Translations under genes and position numbers: made by a program | In this document: piece by piece, positions 40,304 to 48,584 of the stretch | Numbering within the stretch: the stretch's first letter is position 1 | Layout of the letters: each line of letters begins with the position of its first letter | The notes under the pieces: generated by a model | The model's database searches: none | The model's input: only the letters and a program-made list of their open reading frames with translations | Told to the model about the DNA's origin: nothing | NCBI GenBank assembly: GCA_032161105.1 | Contig: JAVHTD010000011.1 | Length of the DNA stretch: 64,000 bases | Reading direction: 5' to 3' (one strand) | DNA from: Candidatus Thermosaccharophagus tengchongensis | GTDB taxonomy: Bacteria > Armatimonadota > Fervidibacteria > Fervidibacterales > Thermosaccharophagaceae

Positions 40304-42742
40304 ATGAGATTCCGAGGTTGCTTGAGGCGTCAAACGGACATGCCATCACACAACGGCGCTCCAAACCCACATGCAACTTTTCGGTTTAGAGAGCACATCA
40401 TTGGCATGCTCGTCGTGACATTCTTTTTGCTCCTGCCATTCAGGGAGGCTTTGAAGGGTAAGTCCCTCTTTTACGGCGACATTGTGCTTCAGTTCATACC
40501 TTGGCGCGAGTTCGCATCAAAGTCGCTCGCAAGCGGTTATATTCCCCTATGGAATCCATATGCCTATTGCGGGATGCCGTTTCTGGCTAACGGTCAATCT
40601 GCGCTTTTTTACCCGTTCAATTGGCTCGCCATTTTCATCCCAGCACATACGCTCATCACACTCGGAGCAGTCATACACACGATGCTGTGCGGCTGGCTCA
40701 CATATGCTCTGCTCGCATATCGTGGATGTTCACCGATCGCTTCATCCACTGGCGCACTCGCATTCGGCATGAGCAGTTTCGTAATAGGGCATGTTCAATT
40801 CCCGAGCCTGCACTACACCATCTCTTGGCTCCCGATGATGCTCCTTGCAGCCGAGATGCTGGTGCGCTATAAGAACGCATCCTCATCAGCGATGCTGGCG
40901 CTCACTCTCGCCATCTCATTCCTATGCGGGCATGCTCAAGCATGGATGCTATGCCTTGCACTCGTCATTGCTTGGGGATGCTCAAGGGCTGTTGAAGCTC
41001 ATAATGCGAGAGGAGCGTTGCATTGCGCCTTGCTGATGATTGCATCGCTACTGCTGACATGCGCTTTAACAGGCGCGCAATGGCTCGCGCAAATTGAACT
41101 CCTTCAAAGGTCTGCCCACATCAGAGTGCCATTTGAGGAGGCAACACTCCTCTCAATCCCACCTTGGCAGCTGCCCAACCTCTTCATACCGAATTTGTTT
41201 GGTCACCCAGCAAGGGGCTTCTACTGGGGTGTTGGTAACTATTGGGATGTGTCAATGCATATTGGCGCAACTGCAACAGCATTGGCTCTTTACGGAGCAC
41301 TGGATAAGCACTCAAGCAGGGTCAAGCTGATGCTCATCATCGCTGCAGCCTTGGGATGCACGCTCTCGCTCGGTCGGTTCATGCCACTCTATTCATGGCT
41401 GTATGAGCATGTCCCGCTGTTCTCAACCATGAGGGCACCTGCAAGGTTTTCCATTTGGAGCACCTTTGCAATCTCAGTGCTATCCGCTTACGGGGTTGAG
41501 CGGTTGGTCGGGAACATGATTTCGTCCGATGTCACCGAGCTATTGGCATTCAGGAGGTGGACAATGGCATGCGCGGCAATCCTCCTCATGCTCTTCATCG
41601 GGATGTTGAAGTTGCCGCCGCTGTGGCGCGCATTTGAGGTGCTCTTCAAAACCTCCGTAAAGGCTGCCAAGCTCATCATCCCACCGAGTGAATTTGGAGC
41701 GGCAATAAGGGCAGCTGCGGCAACATCATCACAAGCCATGTTTGCTGCAGCTTGCTTCCTCATAGCCCTATCCCTATCGCTCGCTTTGATCATAGCAACG
41801 CATCACTTCAAACGCAGTGGGAAGGGCAACACCACAAGGGCATTACAGAGGGCGGCGTTTTGGACATTGCCAACGGTGCTCGCATTGGAGCTGTTCGTAG
41901 CCATTGACGGCATAAACCCATTCGTGAAGGAGATGCCGACGCACAATGCAATGCTGCAATGGACACCACTCAAGCACATTGACCGCAATCAAGAACGCTT
42001 CTCCATCCTCCAGAGGGATATAGAGAGGTGCTGGTTTGCATTCATCAGTTACACGAGCTATCCACCGCCAGTTGAAATGGAACGCCAATTGAAAGGGTTA
42101 CTCAGAGCGCTCGTGCCAAACACGCACATGCTTTATGACTTGCTGTGTGCGCAGGGTTATGACCCCTTAAAACCGCTATCATACCTGCAGTGGTTGAGGA
42201 GGCATGAGGCAGATAGCGATGTATTGCGCTGGCTCGCCGTGCATTACCTTGTGAAGGTCACTCCGACGAAGTGGCGCTCAAAGGAAGCCATCCATGAGGC
42301 GCTCGTCTCGGATGTCAAAGCCGATGTCGTGAGCATAGATGGGGCGCTGCCAAGGGCATTCATCACCACTGACCCGCCAAATCTCCTTGTGACGATGTTC
42401 CCGAACATGCCGAGCAAGTATGAAAGGGCAATGGTGATCAGCCAACCAAATCCGAATGTGATCATATGCGAGCTGCCCACATCGCGAACCGCGGGAAAGA
42501 TCTACCACATCATTCTTGACTCGGCATGGTGCGGCTGGCGCGCCTTCGTTGATGGGCGAGAGGAGATATGGAGCCACTGTCAAACTCATCCGGCTGCAAG
42601 GGCGGTTGCCATTAAATTGGGGGCGAGGAAAGTCGTGTGGGCTTATTTGCCAACGGCTTACTTGATCGGGCTCCACTTGAGCATGTTTGGGGTGTTGATG
42701 CTTGCCATGCTCGTCATGATGGGCATCTCGGTTCGGAGGTGA
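40304..42742 (+). CDS. YfhO-family polytopic membrane protein (GT-C glycosyltransferase-like)
   Basis: GDIVLQFIPW, PLWNPY.YCGMPFLANGQSALFYP, RAPARF, LPRAF and GWRAFVDG motifs. Confidence 0.8.
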   Translation: MRFRGCLRRQTDMPSHNGAPNPHATFRFREHIIGMLVVTFFLLLPFREALKGKSLFYGDIVLQFIPWREFASKSLASGYIPLWNPYAYCGMPFLANGQSALFYPFNWLAIFIPAHTLITLGAVIHTMLCGWLTYALLAYRGCSPIASSTGALAFGMSSFVIGHVQFPSLHYTISWLPMMLLAAEMLVRYKNASSSAMLALTLAISFLCGHAQAWMLCLALVIAWGCSRAVEAHNARGALHCALLMIASLLLTCALTGAQWLAQIELLQRSAHIRVPFEEATLLSIPPWQLPNLFIPNLFGHPARGFYWGVGNYWDVSMHIGATATALALYGALDKHSSRVKLMLIIAAALGCTLSLGRFMPLYSWLYEHVPLFSTMRAPARFSIWSTFAISVLSAYGVERLVGNMISSDVTELLAFRRWTMACAAILLMLFIGMLKLPPLWRAFEVLFKTSVKAAKLIIPPSEFGAAIRAAAATSSQAMFAAACFLIALSLSLALIIATHHFKRSGKGNTTRALQRAAFWTLPTVLALELFVAIDGINPFVKEMPTHNAMLQWTPLKHIDRNQERFSILQRDIERCWFAFISYTSYPPPVEMERQLKGLLRALVPNTHMLYDLLCAQGYDPLKPLSYLQWLRRHEADSDVLRWLAVHYLVKVTPTKWRSKEAIHEALVSDVKADVVSIDGALPRAFITTDPPNLLVTMFPNMPSKYERAMVISQPNPNVIICELPTSRTAGKIYHIILDSAWCGWRAFVDGREEIWSHCQTHPAARAVAIKLGARKVVWAYLPTAYLIGLHLSMFGVLMLAMLVMMGISVRR

Positions 42743-42747
42743 GGAGG

Positions 42748-43806
42748 GTGAGCCTACCAACAAAGAGGAAGTTCGCAGCGATGACTGGCGATGGGCATGT
42801 CGTGATTAATGAGGGCGAGATACCAAGAGTCGGGCATGGTGAGGTTCTCGTTGAAGTTCATGCCTCGCTCATAAGCCCGGGGACCGAGATTGGTGCCTTG
42901 CTCGCAAGGAGGCGCAACCCGAAGCCCGATGAAAAGGCTCAACCGTTCGGATACAGCAATGCTGGCGTGGTCATAGCTAAGGGTGATGGATGTGACGAAT
43001 TTGAAATTGGCATGCGAGTAGCATGTATGGGTGCTGGATATGCACTGCACGCAACGCATGCACTCATCCCGAAGAACCTCTGCGTCCCAATACCGAACGG
43101 CGTAAGCTACGAAGAGGCTTCCTTCGTTCACCTTGCAGCGACAGCACTTCAGGCAATAAGGAGGGCTGAACTTCAAATCGGCGAGTATGTGGCTGTCTTC
43201 GGGCTGGGCATAATTGGGCAGGTGGCATGTCAACTCGCAAAGCTTTGCGGGACCTTCGTCATAGCCCTTGATAAGCTTGATATGAGGCTCGGCTTGGCTA
43301 AGGAACTCGGCGCTGACGAAGCCATCAACCCGCTTAAATGTGACCCAGTTGATGCCGCGCTTAAGTTCACGGAGGGCTTGGGCATAGATTGCAGCATCAT
43401 CGCTTTTGGCGGTGATGCAACTGAGGCATTTGACATGTTGCTGAGGATGACGAAAGTTGCCCCAGACACGCACAGGATGGGACGCATTGTAGTCGTTGGC
43501 GGGTGCAGCGCTCGCCTTAACTTCCCCGTCCCGTTCGGAAACATGGACATACGGGCATCATCACGCACAGGTCCCGGATACCATGATGAAGCTTGGGAAA
43601 GGGGTAACGACTACCCCACTGCGCTTGTCCGTTGGGACACACGCAAAAACATTCGCCTCATCCTCAGGCTGATCTCGGAGGGCAAGCTAAATGTGCGCCG
43701 ATTGATTACGCATGAATTCCCATTGAGTGAGGCTGCGAGGGCGTGCGAGCTGCTGATTGAATCCCCGGATGCGGCGCTCGGTGTCATACTCAAGCCGAGG
43801 GATTAA
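42748..43806 (+). CDS. MDR-family oxidoreductase
   Basis: SLISPGTE, PFGYSNAG, VFGLGIIG and LITH motifs. GTG start with an RBS just after the YfhO stop. Confidence 0.85.
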   Translation: MSLPTKRKFAAMTGDGHVVINEGEIPRVGHGEVLVEVHASLISPGTEIGALLARRRNPKPDEKAQPFGYSNAGVVIAKGDGCDEFEIGMRVACMGAGYALHATHALIPKNLCVPIPNGVSYEEASFVHLAATALQAIRRAELQIGEYVAVFGLGIIGQVACQLAKLCGTFVIALDKLDMRLGLAKELGADEAINPLKCDPVDAALKFTEGLGIDCSIIAFGGDATEAFDMLLRMTKVAPDTHRMGRIVVVGGCSARLNFPVPFGNMDIRASSRTGPGYHDEAWERGNDYPTALVRWDTRKNIRLILRLISEGKLNVRRLITHEFPLSEAARACELLIESPDAALGVILKPRD

Positions 43807-44540
43807 AACGCGCCATAGGCGCTTATGACCGCTGGGATGGTCCTTCCAAGTATGGCGAGATCAAGCAGCAGGGAGCGATTGCGCACATAGTGTAAGTCAA
43901 GCCTCACCCATTCTTCAAAGCTCAACATGTTGCGCCCACTCACCTGCCAGAGGCATGTCAACCCCGGCTTGACACTCAATATCTCACGGTGCTGCGGGTT
44001 TGATGGATCAAACTCATCAAGCGGGTGGGGACGAGGTCCCACTAAACTCATCTCACCCTTGAAGACATTGAACAACTGCGGCAGCTCATCCAAGCTGTAT
44101 ATGCGCAAAAACCTGCCCACCCGCGTCACCCTCGGGTCATTGCGCAGCTTGAACCCACCCTTCATATCGCTCACAGCCCACAGTGACGCCCTCATTTTTT
44201 CGGCGCCGACATGCATTGTCCGAAACTTGTAAAGCGTGAACACCCTGCCACCTTTGCCATAGCGAAGTTGCCGAAAGAGTATTGGGCCGGGTGAATCAAG
44301 CGCTATGAGCACGGCAATGAGGAGCATGAATGGCGCAGCAATTAGCAACAGCAACAGCGAACCAACGATGTCAATCAGGCGCTTAATGCATTCATACGAG
44401 AGCGCATTCAACTTTTGAAATGCCACTTGTAGGTCAATCCTACGCCCCAGTGAAGTTCCCACCTCCTCAACAACTGTTTCCTTTGTTTCCCTGCCAATGA
44501 TGGCTATGTTGCCCATCGCGCACCGTCGCTCCTTAGACAT
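43803..44540 (-). CDS. Bacterial sugar transferase (small monotopic phosphoglycosyl transferase)
   Basis: KRLIDI, KFRTM, DPRVTRVGRFLR, SLDELPQL.NV..GEMSLVGPRP and KPGLT motifs. Confidence 0.93.
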   Translation of the reverse strand: MSKERRCAMGNIAIIGRETKETVVEEVGTSLGRRIDLQVAFQKLNALSYECIKRLIDIVGSLLLLLIAAPFMLLIAVLIALDSPGPILFRQLRYGKGGRVFTLYKFRTMHVGAEKMRASLWAVSDMKGGFKLRNDPRVTRVGRFLRIYSLDELPQLFNVFKGEMSLVGPRPHPLDEFDPSNPQHREILSVKPGLTCLWQVSGRNMLSFEEWVRLDLHYVRNRSLLLDLAILGRTIPAVISAYGAF

Positions 44541-44691
44541 GCATTTAGCAATTCATTGCAGATGTATTCCCGCCGATAGCCACAATTTTGGACACCAATA
44601 GATGCACTCAAGTTGAGGTAGCTATGCGGTCTTACAATGCAATGGTTGTGAACTCAATGGGGGCAGATCAACCAGTTGGCGATGTGGAGTT

Positions 44692-44958
44692 TTATATCTC
44701 CCTTATGCGCACATAGCTGACTACATCTCTAACCCCGGGCATCCTGCGCACAATCTCAACTACCCTGTTAAACCTATCCCTAACGCTTTCCTGCGACTTA
44801 TCCCCTCTCGCCCTTCCCACCCATCCATAGAGGTTGATCGTGCCGCCGTAGTTAACCACCTCAAGGCGAGAGATATCCAAGTTAGCTTTGTTGAACTCGC
44901 GGCGTATCTTTGCTATGAGCTCTTGGACGCTCGGCTTGTGCAGTTCGTGCATGCGCAT
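44692..44958 (-). CDS. Small hypothetical protein, BON-domain-like
   Basis: 88 aa with a GAGGTGA RBS. LEVVNYGGTINLYG...VRRMPGVRDV resembles BON. No signal peptide. Confidence 0.55.
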   Translation of the reverse strand: MRMHELHKPSVQELIAKIRREFNKANLDISRLEVVNYGGTINLYGWVGRARGDKSQESVRDRFNRVVEIVRRMPGVRDVVSYVRIREI

Positions 44959-44984
44959 CTTTTGATCACCTCAACCGATGCCCT

Positions 44985-45773
44985 TCAGCATTTTGCTGCA
45001 TAGCATTGCATGCTGGCAAAAGCCATTATGAACAGGGATTGACGAAACGGCTTTTTGCCACCCGTATCACCGATCACATTGACGCTCCATGTGAGCACCT
45101 CTCTCTTCGCCAAGTTTCCATGCTCATCCTCTTCAATCACTTCGAAGCGCATGTTATGTTTGCCGTCTTTTAACGGGCGCAGGACGAACCGCACGGTGAA
45201 AGAGCTTGCCTTCAGCATCGCCCCATCGTATGAGCAAATTATGTGACTCCCATCCTCAGTGCGGGAGGTGGGCGTAGGGGAGACTTCAATGAGTGAGAAT
45301 GAATCAAGTAGCTCCTCCGGAATGAGTATTCGTATGTTAGCCGAGGATGTTTGAATGGACCTCGGTATGATTAGCGTTGCAATAAGGCGCTCACCACGCC
45401 TCACATCTCTTTGGCATTTCACAGTTACAACGCTATTAGTGCGATCACTCGGTTGGGGCAGCATGCTGAGCACGGCAACAATAATGCCCATCACCGCGCT
45501 CGTTATGATGCACGCTGCGATGTTTGACCTTGATGAGAATTGCAACGGCGATGCAGCCACACGAAGCTTTGACCTATAGCTGCTGCACTGGCGCACATCT
45601 TCACCATGAACGACGGGCATGTCCGGAAGCGCATGACACACATGCCCATCGCCGGGATAATTCTCGCAGTAGCGGCACTTGGATAAATCCTCATGGCATA
45701 CATGGCATTTTGGGAATGTAAAATGCCCCTCGTAAGTTAGAGTGCCGCACTTCGGGCATTTCAACACAACCAT
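44985..45773 (-). CDS. Membrane-anchored protein with Cys-rich N-terminal domain
   Basis: CPKC...CHVC...CRYC...C...C, one central TM, then a beta-rich C-terminal domain. Confidence 0.65.
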   Translation of the reverse strand: MVVLKCPKCGTLTYEGHFTFPKCHVCHEDLSKCRYCENYPGDGHVCHALPDMPVVHGEDVRQCSSYRSKLRVAASPLQFSSRSNIAACIITSAVMGIIVAVLSMLPQPSDRTNSVVTVKCQRDVRRGERLIATLIIPRSIQTSSANIRILIPEELLDSFSLIEVSPTPTSRTEDGSHIICSYDGAMLKASSFTVRFVLRPLKDGKHNMRFEVIEEDEHGNLAKREVLTWSVNVIGDTGGKKPFRQSLFIMAFASMQCYAAKC

Positions 45774-46009
45774 ATCTTGAGCACCCGCTGTAGCAGTTTG
45801 GTTAAAGGCAACTGCTTTGCCTCGTCATCTTGTGTTTCATTGCTTCATTATGCTTCCCACCCTCAACTGTGGTAAATGCCCTTGCTCCATTCACAGGGAG
45901 CATGCGGCAAAGCCACCCGCCATTTAATCGGTGCGCATTTAAGTCCGCGATGGTTGCCAAGCGAAAATCCGCGGCGCCGAAGCCGCGACGGTGGCACTTG
46001 GCAATTGCC

Positions 46010-46801
46010 TTAGGGCAGTTTGAGCATGCGATGAACCTGCGGTATGATTCGCACATCGCTCAAATGCTGAGCAGCTATGCGAGCGAGTCGCCAAAGCAAG
46101 TCCATGCTCGGCTTTTCCCTGATGGCGCCAGATGGGGTTACTGGTTGGAGCACAAAGGGAATTTGCGCATCAACACCGGCTATGAGCTTTGAAACCCTCC
46201 TGACTTCAGTTGGCTTGGTGGTGGGCGTGACGACGAGCTTGACATAAACTGCGCATTTTGCATCCCTGCACAGACTCAGGGTGCGCTCAAAGCCATCCCA
46301 GTTCATCCGTTCGCCAGATGACGAAGGAAGCTTGGCATCGGCAGAGACAACATCAACCACCGAGAGCACTTCACGCAACGGCTCATATAAGTCGCCCTGC
46401 GTCTCAAGCAATATGCGCATGCCTGCTTTCTTAAGTTCGGTTGCAACGGCGCTGCAAAACTTCGGCTGCAGCAGCGGCTCCCCGCCAGTGATACAAGCCC
46501 AGCGAACTGAAGCGATGGCGGTTCGGCTGATCGTTTTCAAAAGCCCTCCAACAAGGCGGCTTGCGCTCACCGGATTTTGAATGGACAGCACAACTTCATG
46601 TGAGAACGGCTTTTTGATGAGGGCGCAAGATGGCTTCTCCCATGCATAGGGTGTGTCGCAATACAGGCAGCGTCTGTTACATCCTGCGAGCCTGAAGAAA
46701 GCCATCGGCACACCGACGAATATCCCTTCGCCTTGAATGCTTATAAAGGCTTCAACGGCATCGCCGAGGATGTCATCACTGGCTTTCGCCTTGCACCTCA
46801 T
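46010..46801 (-). CDS. queE: 7-carboxy-7-deazaguanine synthase-like radical SAM enzyme
   Basis: SIQGEG, RLAGCNRRCLYCDT, ITGGEPLLQ, VLQP and RIIPQVH motifs. Confidence 0.85.
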   Translation of the reverse strand: MRCKAKASDDILGDAVEAFISIQGEGIFVGVPMAFFRLAGCNRRCLYCDTPYAWEKPSCALIKKPFSHEVVLSIQNPVSASRLVGGLLKTISRTAIASVRWACITGGEPLLQPKFCSAVATELKKAGMRILLETQGDLYEPLREVLSVVDVVSADAKLPSSSGERMNWDGFERTLSLCRDAKCAVYVKLVVTPTTKPTEVRRVSKLIAGVDAQIPFVLQPVTPSGAIREKPSMDLLWRLARIAAQHLSDVRIIPQVHRMLKLP

Positions 46802-47619
46802 TACTCAGCGAACACCTCACGCAGGTAGGCGATTGAACTTCTGGCTATAGTCTCGGCTCCGGGGGAGAAGTCAAAAGCCTCAACGGAGATGAAGCCACTG
46901 TAGCCTATCTTCCTGAGCGCTTTAACGATGGGTTTATAATCCGTTTCACCCATTCCGGGACCGAGCCTATTGGCATCATTAGCGTGCACATGCTTGAGGT
47001 ATGGCGCCGCTTCAAATATGATTTGGTCAAGCGGGCGCCCCTCGCTCAACATCGCCTTCACATCAACCATGAGTTGGAAGTTCGGGTGCGATATTGCCTC
47101 AACCAATTTGATTGCCTCGGTCACGCTGTTGATGAAGTTCGTCTCCTCGTGCGATAACGGCTCAATGCATATCGTCACCATGCGCCTCTCTGCGTCGGGC
47201 ATTATGTTTGAGAATGTGCGTATGGTTCGCTCCCACGCTTCGTCTCTGCTCTCACCCTCAATGATGCTGCGCTGCTTGGGCGACCCAAAGACCATGATCT
47301 GACCGCCCAAATCAGCGCAGAACTCCACAAGCGCCCTCAGGTAATCTTCAGTCAGCTGGCGCACACTCTCATCCGGATGGTGGATGTGCAGTCCTTCCGG
47401 CTTAACAAGCAGCCAATGCAATCCGACGATTTCCACTCCGGCAGCTTGCGCGCTAAGTTTGATTCGCTCGCGTTGTGCCTTTGTTATTTCACGGGCATCC
47501 TCAGCGAGTGTAAATGGCGCAATCTCAACGCCGCTGTATCCGAGTTCGGAGGCAAACTCAAACACCCTCTCAATTTCCCACCCCTGAAACATCTCGTTGC
47601 ATATCGCAAAGCGAACCAT
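46801..47619 (-). CDS. Sugar (phosphate) epimerase, D-tagatose/psicose 3-epimerase-like TIM barrel
   Basis: GVEIAPF, VFGSPKQR, IEPL...ETNFINS, HVHANDANRLGPG.G and SVEAF motifs. Confidence 0.85.
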   Translation of the reverse strand: MVRFAICNEMFQGWEIERVFEFASELGYSGVEIAPFTLAEDAREITKAQRERIKLSAQAAGVEIVGLHWLLVKPEGLHIHHPDESVRQLTEDYLRALVEFCADLGGQIMVFGSPKQRSIIEGESRDEAWERTIRTFSNIMPDAERRMVTICIEPLSHEETNFINSVTEAIKLVEAISHPNFQLMVDVKAMLSEGRPLDQIIFEAAPYLKHVHANDANRLGPGMGETDYKPIVKALRKIGYSGFISVEAFDFSPGAETIARSSIAYLREVFAE

Positions 47620-47783
47620 ACGACCTCACCCCTTGACTGTAGACGAACATCATCTTATGGATTGGCTTCACTTGGATGACACTGCAGCCAAAAAGCCAAT
47701 CATCGCAAGCGATAGCCTTTTGAGCTACATTAAGGATGAAGCACTAATGGCATTGCAGGCAAGCGCAAGCCGAGGTGAGTTAC

Positions 47784-48578
47784 ATGGGAGAAGCTAATGC
47801 CGAGTATGAGCGGCGCAAAAGGGCTGTGCTTGAACAGCTTGTAAACATGTCACGCTCACTTGGTGAACCGAGACGAGAATATGTCGTGCTTGGCGAGGGC
47901 AACACATCGGCGAAGGTTGATGAACGGACTTTCTTTGTGAAGGCAAGCGGCTTCTCACTCGCCGATATTAAGGGCGATGGATTCGTTGAAGTTCACTTTG
48001 AGCCCATCCTTGAGATGCTCAAGTATGATCACCTGACGGATGACGAGATTGAGCGAAGATTGAACGAAGCAAAGGTTGACCGGTCATGCCCATACCGCCC
48101 ATCAGTTGAGACAATGTTTCATGCACTGCTGCTCCAATTGCCCGGTGTGAGCTTCGTCGGGCATACTCACCCTATCTCGCTCAACTCCATCCTTTGCTCC
48201 GTGCGCAGTAGGGAGCTCCTTTCGGGACACATGTTTCCCGAGGCGATTGTATGCTGTGGTATAGCGCCAGTCTATGTTGAGTATGCCGATCCCGGCGTCC
48301 AACTCGCCAAGGCGATACAGCGCGGCGTTCAAGAACACATTGAGGTTTATGGTGAGCCGCCGAAATCAATCCTGCTTGAGAACCACGGTCTTGTAGCCAT
48401 CGGGTCAACGCCGAAGGAAGTGGAGACGATAACCATCATGTGGGACAAGATAGCCAAAATATTGCTTGGGGCATGCATTGCTGGCGGACCGCGCTTTTTG
48501 ACCGAGGAGCACATCAAGCGCATTTACACTCGCCCCGATGAGAAGTATCGCCAAAGGCTTTTGTTCAAGCGGGAGTGA
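47784..48578 (+). CDS. Class II aldolase/adducin family protein
   Basis: GEGNTS, VKASG, RPSVETMFH, VGHTHP and LENHGL motifs. Confidence 0.88.
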   Translation: MGEANAEYERRKRAVLEQLVNMSRSLGEPRREYVVLGEGNTSAKVDERTFFVKASGFSLADIKGDGFVEVHFEPILEMLKYDHLTDDEIERRLNEAKVDRSCPYRPSVETMFHALLLQLPGVSFVGHTHPISLNSILCSVRSRELLSGHMFPEAIVCCGIAPVYVEYADPGVQLAKAIQRGVQEHIEVYGEPPKSILLENHGLVAIGSTPKEVETITIMWDKIAKILLGACIAGGPRFLTEEHIKRIYTRPDEKYRQRLLFKRE

Positions 48579-48584
48579 TGTGTT

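Noticed and set aside
45690..45710. CHVCH as a c-type heme motif
   Set aside because: It is one of several CxxC pairs in a segment before the first TM with no signal peptide, so it is probably cytoplasmic and zinc-binding.
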